64,000 nt of DNA from Bacteroidia bacterium (GTDB taxonomy: Bacteria > Bacteroidota > Bacteroidia > UBA4408). This document shows, one piece after another, positions 39,018 to 49,005 of this stretch. Under the pieces are notes generated by a model that did no database searches, had not been told where the DNA came from, and saw nothing but the letters and a program-made list of their open reading frames with translations. The stretch spans positions 1,197-65,196 of the forward strand of contig JAYWFU010000052.1 in NCBI GenBank assembly GCA_043778625.1, in the 5' to 3' direction. Positions within the stretch are counted from its first letter, which is position 1. Every line of letters begins with the position of its first letter. The position numbers were made by a program, and so were the translations under genes.

Positions 39018-39596
39018 TTAAAGATGTAGTGCTAAACCAATTGAAGAAACACCTGTAGATAAATCGAGGAAAATACCTGCTTTATTGGTAATATGATATT
39101 CGGCACCCACGTGCGCATCAAGGTATAATGGATTGTAATTGTTATAGAGATTTCTGTTACCCGCATAATCATTTTCCCACACTACTCGTTTGTAAACAAA
39201 ACCTAACGAAGCTGCAGCATAAAAATCCCACTTAGCGCCCGCTTCCAATAGTCTATCAAAATAATACGTACCCTTTACACCAATAGGTATATAAGTGGAA
39301 CGATAACTATATGACCTATACGACGGATCGTAATATGGTTTGTTAGGATTACCCCAATAATAATTACTACGACTACTATAAATACTAATAAATGGCGCCA
39401 GTGTTAAATCTTTAGCAACATCAAACTCATAATTAATTGTTAGTGGTAATGAATTAGCTGCGTAACCATAGTAGCCCGTACCAATCCCTATGTTTAGTGT
39501 ATTACCATGTTTTTCGCTCGTTTTTACTTCCTGTGCTATACTGCTGTTAGTTGCCACTATTAATAATACAACTACTGTGTTTATTATTGTTTTCAT
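39018..39596 (-). CDS. Outer-membrane beta-barrel protein (porin-family/OmpA-like barrel)
   Basis: 192 aa. Signal peptide. Alternating Tyr/Gly-rich beta-strand pattern. C-terminal 'GLALHL' with aromatic residues near the end. Confidence 0.6.
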   Translation of the reverse strand: MKTIINTVVVLLIVATNSSIAQEVKTSEKHGNTLNIGIGTGYYGYAANSLPLTINYEFDVAKDLTLAPFISIYSSRSNYYWGNPNKPYYDPSYRSYSYRSTYIPIGVKGTYYFDRLLEAGAKWDFYAAASLGFVYKRVVWENDYAGNRNLYNNYNPLYLDAHVGAEYHITNKAGIFLDLSTGVSSIGLALHL

Positions 39597-39619
39597 AATT
39601 TTAATTTAATTAGTATTAC

Positions 39620-40270
39620 TTATTTATATAATTTATAACCTACTGTTGCTTGATACCACACGTTTTTATAACGAGGAGTGGTAGATGTGCCATCGCCAGC
39701 ATTAGTTTGTAAATCCCAGTTGGCACGTGCGCTAATAATAAAATGTTTCATATTAATATCAATACCACATACTGCACTAAAAATGTTTTTGCGAATATTG
39801 TCTTGCTTAAACTCTTGTTCTTGCTGATAGCTTACTAGGGAACTAGAAAACACATCTTTTTGATTTATTAAGTACGAAAACTGTGGCCCAGCAAGTAATG
39901 TAATAAATTCGCTTGGTTTTAATAAAAATTGTACTGGTATGTCAACGTAAGTGGTTGTTCTCGAAAAATCGTACTTACTACCAAGTATACTACCATTGCC
40001 CTTAAAGCCCTTTTGCGATAACAATATTTCTGGCTGCAAGCCAATATACTTGTCTATTGGTATAGCTACTAAAGCACCTGCTACAAAACCTACTTTAGCA
40101 TCAGTATTAAACTGCTCGCCTTTGGCATCGTATACGTTTGAGTAATTTAAACCTCCTCTAAAACCAAGTTGAAGTTTTTCTCTGTTATCTATATCGTCAG
40201 TACTGCTCTGTGCCACCACTACCGTAGTAGTTATTGTAAATAATGCGGCAATTATTGTTAATGTTTTCAT
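39620..40270 (-). CDS. Outer-membrane beta-barrel protein (OMP_b-brl_2/porin family)
   Basis: 216 aa. Signal peptide 'MKTLTIIAALFTITTTVVVAQ'. C-terminal 'ATVGYKLYK' ending in an aromatic-rich strand. Confidence 0.6.
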   Translation of the reverse strand: MKTLTIIAALFTITTTVVVAQSSTDDIDNREKLQLGFRGGLNYSNVYDAKGEQFNTDAKVGFVAGALVAIPIDKYIGLQPEILLSQKGFKGNGSILGSKYDFSRTTTYVDIPVQFLLKPSEFITLLAGPQFSYLINQKDVFSSSLVSYQQEQEFKQDNIRKNIFSAVCGIDINMKHFIISARANWDLQTNAGDGTSTTPRYKNVWYQATVGYKLYK

Positions 40271-40310
40271 AATTTTTAGTTGTTTTTAGTTATTAATTTA
40301 TTTGTTGATA

Positions 40311-40772
40311 TTATTTAGCATTATTAACATTTATGTCTTTTATTGCTGTTCCTAGTTCGTCCATATCATGGTTAAACTCACGCTTAAACGATTCCCACTT
40401 GTCCTTACCCTCAGCTTTGTATTCGTCCATACGTTTTTTAGCAGTAGTATTTTTTTCTTCTAATGCTTCAATTTTTTTAGTGTACTCGGCTTTTACTTCT
40501 TTTTTCTCGGCTTTAATTCTAGCTTTCAAATCTGTGATGAGTTTATTGTTACTCTCAATTTTTTCTTGTGTTGTTGCTCTATAAATAGCAATATCAGCTT
40601 CATATTCTTGGTTAGCATCAACTAAAGCAACAGTTGCGTCTTTTACTTCTTCGTTAGCTTCGGCTACATTTTCTTTAGCTTCCTTTACTTTTTGTTCAGC
40701 GCTACTGCAGCCTGTAGTAATTAGTGTAGCGGTTAGTATAACTGATGCTAGGCTTAGGGTTGAGTTTTTCAT
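40311..40772 (-). CDS. Coiled-coil lipoprotein
   Basis: 153 aa. Lipobox 'LITTGCSS'. Lys/Glu-rich heptads. Confidence 0.55.
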   Translation of the reverse strand: MKNSTLSLASVILTATLITTGCSSAEQKVKEAKENVAEANEEVKDATVALVDANQEYEADIAIYRATTQEKIESNNKLITDLKARIKAEKKEVKAEYTKKIEALEEKNTTAKKRMDEYKAEGKDKWESFKREFNHDMDELGTAIKDINVNNAK

Positions 40773-40818
40773 AGTTTTAATTTTTTGTTAAATTGGTAAT
40801 ACGTTACTTGTTAAGTGT

Positions 40819-41007
40819 TTATAAGGCAGCTATTATTGAGTGTAACTCCTCTTTTGTTTTTCCTAATTTCACTTGCAATCTTCCTATCATTTCGTCTTGC
40901 TTGCCTTCAATTAGTAATACATCGCTATCTGTTAATAATGCAAATTGTTGTTTTAACTTGCCTTTTGTTTCATTCCAATTTCCTTTTAATTCGGTTAAAT
41001 TTTTCAT
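40819..41007 (-). CDS. CsbD-family general stress protein
   Basis: 62 aa. '[39 protein letters not shown]' is a typical CsbD sequence. Confidence 0.75.
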   Translation of the reverse strand: MKNLTELKGNWNETKGKLKQQFALLTDSDVLLIEGKQDEMIGRLQVKLGKTKEELHSIIAAL

Positions 41008-41206
41008 ATTATCTAATTTTAGTTTGTGTTATTATTACACTACAAATGTGCGTCTATCAAAGGTTAAAAGTGTTACACAAGTTATACTATAAGTTATATC
41101 ATTCACACATTGCATTATTAGTTAATTGATATGCTAATTAAGTAACAAACCTTTTAAGGTGTTGATTTCATTACGTTTTAACACCTATCAAGCACTAAAA
41201 TAAGCG

Positions 41207-41239
41207 CAAAAAAAAGCATCGTACTTAATGTACGATGCT
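41207..41239 (-). terminator. Rho-independent terminator downstream of the HK/RR operon (minus strand)
   Basis: agcatcgtac / gtacgatgct 10-bp stem, 5-nt loop. Run of A on the plus strand gives a T-run on the minus strand. Confidence 0.6.
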
Positions 41240-41267
41240 TAATTAAAAGAAAATAAGAGGCTTAAAA

Positions 41268-41702
41268 TCACATTCTATCCATATACCAGTTTAATTGTTT
41301 TTGCATTTTTTTAATTTTAAAAATAGTAGTTATGTTTTTTTGTAATCGCACAAAAGCAGTTTCGCTTTTAACCACGTAATCAAACGCATTGTGATGCATA
41401 CAATTAATAGCCACTTCTATTTTATCTTGCGACGATAGCATAATAACAGGTGTGTCTACATTAAACTCTTTTATTTTATCTAATGTTTGTAAGCCATTCA
41501 TTGCATTTTTATCAATACCATCTAAATGATAATCTAATATTATAACATCAGGGTTTTGCGCTAATTCTTTTATGCATAATTCGCCAGTAGCAAAAGTTTT
41601 AATGTCAAAATTAGCATGCTGGAGAAATTCTATTTCTAACGATTTTAAAAGTAGTGCATCATCATCTACCAAAAATAATTTTATTAGGCTGGCATCGTTC
41701 AT
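41268..41702 (-). CDS. Single-domain response regulator (REC)
   Basis: 144 aa. 'FLVDDDALLLK', 'IILDYHLDG', 'IMLSSQ'. Overlaps the HK stop by 4 nt. Confidence 0.8.
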   Translation of the reverse strand: MNDASLIKLFLVDDDALLLKSLEIEFLQHANFDIKTFATGELCIKELAQNPDVIILDYHLDGIDKNAMNGLQTLDKIKEFNVDTPVIMLSSQDKIEVAINCMHHNAFDYVVKSETAFVRLQKNITTIFKIKKMQKQLNWYMDRM

Positions 41703-44434
41703 TTTTTATTTTTTTTAATTGTATTAAACTCTTCCGTTAATTCTTTACAAGCTTGCTGGCATACACTATCTAATTGCATCACCATATCATGTATGCTATC
41801 CGTTTGTTGTTGTGTGCTTGCGTATTCTTGTATTTTTTTTGCCATGGTTTCAAAATCAGCATGTATGCCCACTATCGAAAACGAAGGAATTATTTTATGT
41901 GCTGCTGCTTTTAATGTAGCCCAATCTTTATCCATCAAACTATTTTTCATAGCCGTGAGCAATGGAGGAGTTTGTTCGAGGTATAACGCAATCATTTGCA
42001 TCATCAAATCAGGATTCGATTTTGTGCGTTGCATTAAATAATTCAAATCAATACATTTCTTTATTTCATTTTCTACAGTAACTACTTCTTTATTTTCGTC
42101 AACAAGCTTTACTAAATTAATAATCTTAGTATATAATAATCGTTCATCTACTGGCTTCGCTATATAATCATTCATACCCACGGCTTTGCATTTGGCTACA
42201 TCTACGGTGGTAACATCGGCCGTTAGGGCAATAATAGGAATGTTAGATTTCATTACGGTACGAATATGGTCAGTGGCTTCAAAGCCATTCATTTCAGGCA
42301 TTTGCAAATCCATCAAAATAATATCGTAGGTGTTTACTATTAATTTTTCAACTGCAATTCGTCCATTTGCCGCAATATCACACCCAAACCCAAAATCATC
42401 GAGCAGAGTTTTCATTAATAATTGGTTAAGAGCAATGTCCTCCACCACCAATATTTTTATTGGCTTAACAGCTACATCAGTGGCTATTATGTCGGTAGTT
42501 ACCTCTCCCGTTGTATTCGTTTTTAAAAACGGTAAGGTAACTCTAAACACCGACCCCTCCCCTAATGTACTATTAACGGTTATTGTGCCACCTTGGGGTT
42601 CAACTAATTGTTTTACAATAGCTAAGCCTAAGCCTGTGCCTCCGTACAAACGCGAAGTACCACTGGTAGCCTGCTGAAAATTCTCAAACACGTGTTCCAT
42701 TTTACTCTCCGAAATACCTATGCCGGTATCAGCTACTTCAAATGCAATAACTACCTGCTCATCATCTTGGCTAAGTAAATTAACACTTACGGTTATTTTT
42801 CCTGTATTGGTAAACTTAACAGCATTACTTACTAAGTTTAAAATAATTTGGTGCAATCGCACGGAGTCGCCCACTAATACACTAGGTATGTTAGCGTCGT
42901 AATGTTTAACCAACTGTAAATTTTTTTCCTGAATTTTAAGTTCAAACAAATGTAACATAGCCGCTATTGATGATGCCATTTTAAAAGGCGTTTGTTCAAA
43001 TGTCATTTTTCCAGCATCTACTTTTGCTAAATCTAATATGTCGTTAATCAATACAATTAGGGCGTCGCCACTTACTTTAATAGCTTGTAAATATTCTTTT
43101 TGCTTGGGCGACAACTCCGTTTTTAACACCACTTTAGTAAAACCAATAATAGCATTCATTGGCGTACGAATTTCATGGCTCATATTTGATAAAAACTGTT
43201 GCTTTGCCTTAACTGCTTCCTCAGCTATTTGCGTGGCTAACTCCGCTTTAGTTTTAGCTTCCTCAGCAAATGTAGTGGCTAACTCCGCAAATACTTTTGC
43301 TTCAATTAATTCAGTTTCAAATCGTTTTTGCTCCGTTACATCTCTCGCTGCTGCAAACACGCCTAATACTCTTCCTTTATCATCACGGTAAACCGATCCA
43401 TTATACACTACCTGCGTTAGCTTTCCGTTTTTGTGCCGAATAGTAAGTGGATAATCAGATACCACTCCTTTTTCAAATACTTGCTTGTACACTTCTCTCG
43501 CTTTTAGCGGTTCAGTAAAATAGTCAGCGAAATCAGTACCAATTAATTTTTCGCGTTTTTCGCCTGTAACTTTAACCGACGCTTCATTTACATCGGTAAT
43601 TTTTCCGCCTAGCGATATTGTTATTAATGGATCAGTGGAAGCCTCTATTAAACTACGTACATACTGTGAAGCCTGCTTTTGCGAATTACTAAACGCCTCT
43701 AATTCCTTAGCTTCAATTTCTCGTTTGTATTTTTCTTTATTCTGAAAATCCAACTCTTCATCAGCAATAATTAATTCGGCCGCACGTTTTTCTTTTTCAT
43801 CATTTTGAAACGCCAATTCTTTATTGGCTATAACTAATTCGTTGGCACGCTTTTGTTTTTCTTTATTCTGAAAATCCAACTCTTCGTCAGCAATAATTAA
43901 TTCGGCTGCTCGCTTTTCTTTTTCATCATTTTGAAACGCTAACTCTTTATTGGCTATAACCAATTCATTAGCTCGTTTTTCTTTTTCCTCGTTTTGAAAT
44001 ATAAGTTCCTTATTAGCCGTAGTTAATGCAGTTATGTCCCTATCAATGGTTGCAATACCTATAATTGCACCGTTGTCGTCTTTAATGGGCAGTATGTACA
44101 ATGACACATCAATGCTTACCCCGCTTTTGGTAATGCGCTTAGTTTGATATTGAGTAATGTTATGCCCCGCAATAATTTGTGCCGTTAATTGTGCGTACTC
44201 ATTAATGTTGCTTGCCGGAATAATAAGATTTACGTTTTTGCCAATAATTTCGGCGGCGGTGTAGCCATATATTATTTCGGCACCATTATTCCACGAAGTA
44301 ATAACACCAGCTAGTGTTTTAGTTTTTATGGCTAAATCCGAAAATTCAATAATTAACGACGATAAACTTCCGCTTTTTTCGTAGGCAACTAATCTATCAA
44401 AGTCAGCATTTTGGTTGGCAATTTTATCTATCAT
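41699..44434 (-). CDS. Multi-domain hybrid sensor kinase (PAS domains, repeated coiled-coil linker, HisKA, HATPase_c, REC, Hpt)
   Basis: 911 aa. H-box 'MSHEIRTPMN', 'GGTGLGLAIVKQLV', REC 'ILVVEDIALNQ...LMDLQMPEMNG', C-terminal Hpt 'AHKIIPSFSIVG'. Confidence 0.85.
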   Translation of the reverse strand: MIDKIANQNADFDRLVAYEKSGSLSSLIIEFSDLAIKTKTLAGVITSWNNGAEIIYGYTAAEIIGKNVNLIIPASNINEYAQLTAQIIAGHNITQYQTKRITKSGVSIDVSLYILPIKDDNGAIIGIATIDRDITALTTANKELIFQNEEKEKRANELVIANKELAFQNDEKEKRAAELIIADEELDFQNKEKQKRANELVIANKELAFQNDEKEKRAAELIIADEELDFQNKEKYKREIEAKELEAFSNSQKQASQYVRSLIEASTDPLITISLGGKITDVNEASVKVTGEKREKLIGTDFADYFTEPLKAREVYKQVFEKGVVSDYPLTIRHKNGKLTQVVYNGSVYRDDKGRVLGVFAAARDVTEQKRFETELIEAKVFAELATTFAEEAKTKAELATQIAEEAVKAKQQFLSNMSHEIRTPMNAIIGFTKVVLKTELSPKQKEYLQAIKVSGDALIVLINDILDLAKVDAGKMTFEQTPFKMASSIAAMLHLFELKIQEKNLQLVKHYDANIPSVLVGDSVRLHQIILNLVSNAVKFTNTGKITVSVNLLSQDDEQVVIAFEVADTGIGISESKMEHVFENFQQATSGTSRLYGGTGLGLAIVKQLVEPQGGTITVNSTLGEGSVFRVTLPFLKTNTTGEVTTDIIATDVAVKPIKILVVEDIALNQLLMKTLLDDFGFGCDIAANGRIAVEKLIVNTYDIILMDLQMPEMNGFEATDHIRTVMKSNIPIIALTADVTTVDVAKCKAVGMNDYIAKPVDERLLYTKIINLVKLVDENKEVVTVENEIKKCIDLNYLMQRTKSNPDLMMQMIALYLEQTPPLLTAMKNSLMDKDWATLKAAAHKIIPSFSIVGIHADFETMAKKIQEYASTQQQTDSIHDMVMQLDSVCQQACKELTEEFNTIKKNKK
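43733..43995 (-). repeat. Near-perfect ~132-bp tandem duplication inside the hybrid HK linker region
   Basis: Encodes the duplicated peptide 'KEKRANELVIANKELAFQNDEKEKRAAELIIADEELDFQN'. The two DNA copies differ at only a few positions. Confidence 0.7.
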
Positions 44435-44439
44435 TTAGT

Positions 44440-45021
44440 TTAATTTATGTCGTTATTGCCACCTATATCTTCAATAGGATTTCGGCGTTTATCTTTTAAT
44501 TGCTTAAAGTGAGAAGGTGTTAAGCCTGTAATTTTTTTAAACTGAGTGGACAAATGCGCAACACTACTGTAGTTCATCTTCCAAGCTATTTCGGTTATCG
44601 TTAATTCGTCGTACATAATTAGTTCTTTAATATGCTCCACTTTGTGCATAATTAAAAATTGAGCAATTGTAACACCCTGTACTTCGCTAAATAAATTGGC
44701 TAAGTAAGTGTAATCGTAATTTAGTTTTTCGGCTAAATAATCGGAGAAATTAGTTTTAACTACCTCATCGTTATGATACACCATTTGAGTAATTACACTT
44801 TTAATTTTTTCAATTAAAATAGCTTTTTTATCGTCCATTAACTCTAGCCCTGTATCTACTAAGCCTATTTTCAGTAGCTCGCGTTGCTCATCAGTTATAG
44901 TTTCCATTATTTCTACTTCGCCTAATTCCACTAACATAAAATGCAAACCTAATTTTTTAAGTTCTTCTTTCACCATTATTTTACAACGATTACTTACCAT
45001 ATATTTTATGTATATTTTCAA
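44440..45021 (-). CDS. AraC-family transcriptional regulator
   Basis: 193 aa. C-terminal AraC HTH 'ITEIAWKMNYSSVAHLSTQFKKITGLTPSHF'. Confidence 0.75.
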   Translation of the reverse strand: MKIYIKYMVSNRCKIMVKEELKKLGLHFMLVELGEVEIMETITDEQRELLKIGLVDTGLELMDDKKAILIEKIKSVITQMVYHNDEVVKTNFSDYLAEKLNYDYTYLANLFSEVQGVTIAQFLIMHKVEHIKELIMYDELTITEIAWKMNYSSVAHLSTQFKKITGLTPSHFKQLKDKRRNPIEDIGGNNDIN

Positions 45022-45125
45022 CTAAATAGGTATATTATTGTTTTAGTGAAGATGCACTATTAAAACTCAACATCTATATTTTATTTAGCATTAAAATATG
45101 CTAAATAAAAAAGCGAAAAAATGAG

Positions 45126-45659
45126 CTATTCTGGGTTTGAAACTGGCGGAATTAATAACTGATACATGCTCTCGTCATCAAACCCTGTGGCAGTTTTATT
45201 CCATTGTTTCTTAATACCCACACATTCAAAATTTAAGCGATTAAATAATTGAATACTTGGTGTATTACTCACACCTATATTAGCGTATAATTGGTGTAAT
45301 AGCAAGGTATGTGTAGCGTAATTAATTAGTGTTTGTAGGGCATCGGTGGCATAACCTTGTTGCCTATAATCAGTATTGCCAATTAGTATACCTACGCCTG
45401 CACGTGCGTGCAAGGGGTTGTAATCAAATAAATCAATAGTACCAATAGGCGTGTTGTTGTGTGTAGTAATTACAAAACGAACTTGCTTGGTGGTGTGTAG
45501 GTCGTAAGAGCTATCGCGCAAATAGTTTTGCAATACTAACTTGCTGTAAGGCATTAGTGTACCACTTACTTGCCAGTTGTTTACATCGTTTTCCCAAGCA
45601 TAAAGTACTGCAATATCAGCAGGTTCAATAGGGCGTAATAGTGTTTTAATGCCACGCAT
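45126..45659 (-). CDS. GNAT family N-acetyltransferase (RimJ/RimL-like)
   Basis: 177 aa. 'IGILIGNTDYRQQGYATDAL' acetyl-CoA binding motif A (Q/RxxGxG/A). Confidence 0.8.
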   Translation of the reverse strand: MRGIKTLLRPIEPADIAVLYAWENDVNNWQVSGTLMPYSKLVLQNYLRDSSYDLHTTKQVRFVITTHNNTPIGTIDLFDYNPLHARAGVGILIGNTDYRQQGYATDALQTLINYATHTLLLHQLYANIGVSNTPSIQLFNRLNFECVGIKKQWNKTATGFDDESMYQLLIPPVSNPE

Positions 45660-45668
45660 TGGGTAAGA

Positions 45669-46250
45669 TTATTTTTGTTCTAAAATATTTTTCACATTGC
45701 GCAAACTCTCTTGCAACGCACCTCCTAACATACCTTCTATATTCATAAATAATAGCATAATATTCATAGGGTAAGGCATTGACGAGGCAAAACCCCACGA
45801 TAAAGTAGTACGCTCAGCATCAATAGCCGTTAAGCTCATGCAAGTATTAGCTAAGCCTGCAAAGGGTTTTATAAAACGAATTACAAATTCAATTTTTTCA
45901 CCTTCGGTGATACGTACAATTTCTTGTTCGCCTTTGCCTACGCTTTTATTAGTACTATCCCATGCGTGTGTAAAACCTACATTACCGTCAATGCCTGTGT
46001 AAGTAGTGGCGGCGTCAGGGTCCATCATTACCCATTTAGAATAATTATGCTGATTTTTTACCTCTTTTACATAATTAAACACCTGGGCAGAAGGTGCTTT
46101 AATAGTAATGCTGCGAAGTAGTGTGTAGTGTTTTCTGGTAAAAGATGCGGTTATCAACAACACTACAATAAAAGTAACAAATGCAATAAGTAGTATAAAT
46201 AAAATTGACATAGCTAATTTGACTGGGATTAACGTTAAATAATTTTTCAA
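45669..46250 (-). CDS. SRPBCC (START/Bet v1-like) family protein with N-terminal TM anchor
   Basis: 193 aa. N-terminal TM, then ~150-aa region with the helix-grip pattern. Confidence 0.5.
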   Translation of the reverse strand: MKNYLTLIPVKLAMSILFILLIAFVTFIVVLLITASFTRKHYTLLRSITIKAPSAQVFNYVKEVKNQHNYSKWVMMDPDAATTYTGIDGNVGFTHAWDSTNKSVGKGEQEIVRITEGEKIEFVIRFIKPFAGLANTCMSLTAIDAERTTLSWGFASSMPYPMNIMLLFMNIEGMLGGALQESLRNVKNILEQK

Positions 46251-46382
46251 ATTTATTGTTTATTATCATTAGCACAACAAAAATAGTTTGTGCATAATCA
46301 TTTTTAAAAACACAGGTGTATTTTCAATGTTTTAAGTACATTTAGGTTTTTAAAAATTCAAATTTATTATATCGTATTATTT

Positions 46383-48119
46383 ATGTCAACCAACTATTTA
46401 TATCCGCTAATTGCTACTGCTATAATGCTTACCGCTTGCCATAGCAAAAAAAATGCAGTAAATAACACGCAACGTAACACACCCAACTTGAGCGAAAATT
46501 TACAGCTCGAATTTGATAGAACTTTTTACAATGCCAACAAAGAAAAAATGTTGGGCAATACGGAGCAGGCGGCAAATTTGTTTTCGCGCTGCTTGCAAAT
46601 AAACGAGCGTAGCGGTGTGTGTAATTACGAGTTAGCACTTATTTATTACAAACAACAACGTATGACGGAATGTAACCTGTTTGCAAAGCGTGCCGCTGAG
46701 CTAGAACCTACTAACACGTGGTATAACGAACTGTACGCACAAGTGTTGGTTAGCAAAAAAGACTATACTAATGCAGCAGTAGTGTACAAAAACATTACCA
46801 CCCAGCATCCTACAAAGCGCGAATATTACGACGAAGAAGCAGCAATTTATTTAATACAAAACAAATTTGACGATGCCATAGCCGTGTACGACCGTGTAGA
46901 AAAACAATTTGGAATTACAGAAGATGTGGTTAATAATAAGCGTCAAATATTTTTAAAGCAAAACAAGTTAGATAAAGCTGCTAAGGAGGTTGATAAATTA
47001 ATAAAACTGCACCCAGAAGATGCCCGTTATTACGGCATGATGGCCGAAATGTACATGGCTAATAATCAGTCGCAAAAAGCGTATTCGTATTTGCAAAAAG
47101 CATTAGTGGCTGATAGTAATAATGTAAATGTGCACTTGGCATTAAGCGACTACTACCGTGCTAATAAAGAATATGACAAATCGTATGTGGAACTAAAAAA
47201 ATCGTTTGCAAGCCCTAGTTTAGATGTGGACACTAAAATGAAAGTGCTATTGAGCTACTATGATGTTACTGAAAAAGACAACGCAAAACTAAAGCAACAG
47301 GCTGCGGAGCTTATTGCTATTATGAAAACTATACACCCCCAAGATGCCCGTAGTTACTTTATTGCGGGTGATTTTTTGTATCGGGATAAAAAGTTAAAAG
47401 AAGCTGCTACCGAATTTGAAGAGGGATTAAAATACGACAAGGAAAAATTTCCTGCTTGGAATCAAACTATTGTGGTGTACAGTGAGCTGCAAGATTACGA
47501 AAGTATGCTACGAGTAAGCAACCAAGCCATTGAACTGTTTCCTAACCAAGCGCCTTTGTTTTTGTATAAGGGTGTGGCACTTATGCAAAAAAAAGAATAT
47601 AAAGAAGCCGTTAAAAGTTTGAAAGAAGGCGCAAGTATAACTATTGATAACGATGCTATGCTCACCAGTTTTAACATGTATTTAGGCGATAGTTACCATG
47701 CTGATAACGAGCATAAAAACTCTGACGACAGTTATGAAAAAGCATTGAAACTTGATCCCAATAATATTTATGTGCTTAATAACTACGCTTATTACTTAAG
47801 TGAGCGTGGCACTAACCTTGAACGTGCTGAGGAAATGAGCGCCAAAACACTAAAGTTAGAACCTACGATAGCTAATTACCAAGATACGTACGCATGGATA
47901 TTGTACAAACAAAAAAAATATAGTGATGCCTTAATTTGGCAACAAAAAGCAATACAAGGCTCAATCCCATCGGCGGTTATGCAAGAGCACTTAGGGGATA
48001 TCTACTATCAATTAAACGAACCCGACAAGGCCCTAGAATACTGGTTACAAGCCAAAGGTAAAGCGGGAGTAAGTACCTTTTTGGATAAAAAAATTGCGGA
48101 TAAAAAACTGTACGAATAA
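46383..48119 (+). CDS. TPR-repeat lipoprotein
   Basis: 578 aa. Lipobox 'LTACHS'. Many 34-aa TPR units ('YYRANKEYDKSYVELKK', 'AWILYKQKKYSDALIW'). Confidence 0.75.
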   Translation: MSTNYLYPLIATAIMLTACHSKKNAVNNTQRNTPNLSENLQLEFDRTFYNANKEKMLGNTEQAANLFSRCLQINERSGVCNYELALIYYKQQRMTECNLFAKRAAELEPTNTWYNELYAQVLVSKKDYTNAAVVYKNITTQHPTKREYYDEEAAIYLIQNKFDDAIAVYDRVEKQFGITEDVVNNKRQIFLKQNKLDKAAKEVDKLIKLHPEDARYYGMMAEMYMANNQSQKAYSYLQKALVADSNNVNVHLALSDYYRANKEYDKSYVELKKSFASPSLDVDTKMKVLLSYYDVTEKDNAKLKQQAAELIAIMKTIHPQDARSYFIAGDFLYRDKKLKEAATEFEEGLKYDKEKFPAWNQTIVVYSELQDYESMLRVSNQAIELFPNQAPLFLYKGVALMQKKEYKEAVKSLKEGASITIDNDAMLTSFNMYLGDSYHADNEHKNSDDSYEKALKLDPNNIYVLNNYAYYLSERGTNLERAEEMSAKTLKLEPTIANYQDTYAWILYKQKKYSDALIWQQKAIQGSIPSAVMQEHLGDIYYQLNEPDKALEYWLQAKGKAGVSTFLDKKIADKKLYE

Positions 48120-48148
48120 ACGACAAAAAACTACCGCTTAACTAGCTA

Positions 48149-49000
48149 ATGAAAAACTACTCCAATTATTATTTCTTACAATTGCTTGCTTTAACTTGCC
48201 TCCTTAACACTTCGTTGGGATGTAGGTATCGCAAAGGTTTACCCATTAAACCTAAAGAAGAAATAAAGCCTGTGGTAGATAACCGCCCTGCATTGCAGTT
48301 GGTAAAAAAACAACACGATAACGAATTACAGTTTACTTGGTTAAGCGCAAAGGCAAGTATTGAAACCGAAGCTAATGGCGAAAATCAAAACTTTGATGCC
48401 ACTATTCGTATACGCAAAGACAGTGTAATATGGATATCGATAAGCCCTGCTTTAGGTATTGAAGTAATGCGTGTGATTATTACGCCTGATACGGTTAAGT
48501 ACATGAACCGTCTTAATAACACTTATTTTGTTGATGCCGTATGCAAAATTAACGATTTAATACAAGCTGATTTCGACTTTGATATGATACAAAACTTGCT
48601 AATAGGTAATAGCTTTGAATACTACGACGACGACCAATTAAAAACCAGCATTGAGGATAATAATTATTTGATAAGTTCGGTACGCAAAGGGAAATTAAAA
48701 CGCTTAACAACCAATAATAACGGCACTTCCGAAAGGTCGTCGGTTCAAAGTATGTGGCTCGAACCTTTAAATTTTAAGCTGGTAAAACTTCGCCTTGATG
48801 AATTTACCAGCCAACGTGAATTGATAGCTGAATACACTAACTTTAAAATCGTGGATAGTACGCAGCTAATGCCACACCACATTAGTGTAAATGTTAAAGC
48901 ACAAAAAACAATTGTGGTACGTGCTACTTACAATAAAGTTAAATTAAATCAAGTAATGGAACTACCTTTTAAAATTCCGGCTAAATATACTCGTAAATAA
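48149..49000 (+). CDS. DUF4292-like lipoprotein (LolB-like fold)
   Basis: 283 aa. Lipobox 'SLGCRY'. Conserved position between a TPR protein and an M23 peptidase in Bacteroidetes. Confidence 0.5.
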   Translation: MKNYSNYYFLQLLALTCLLNTSLGCRYRKGLPIKPKEEIKPVVDNRPALQLVKKQHDNELQFTWLSAKASIETEANGENQNFDATIRIRKDSVIWISISPALGIEVMRVIITPDTVKYMNRLNNTYFVDAVCKINDLIQADFDFDMIQNLLIGNSFEYYDDDQLKTSIEDNNYLISSVRKGKLKRLTTNNNGTSERSSVQSMWLEPLNFKLVKLRLDEFTSQRELIAEYTNFKIVDSTQLMPHHISVNVKAQKTIVVRATYNKVKLNQVMELPFKIPAKYTRK

Positions 49001-49005
49001 TAAGT

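Noticed and set aside
40793-41129. Two ~100-aa plus-strand ORFs overlapping csbD
   Set aside because: Antisense to a recognisable CsbD gene. Hydrophobic low-complexity translations.
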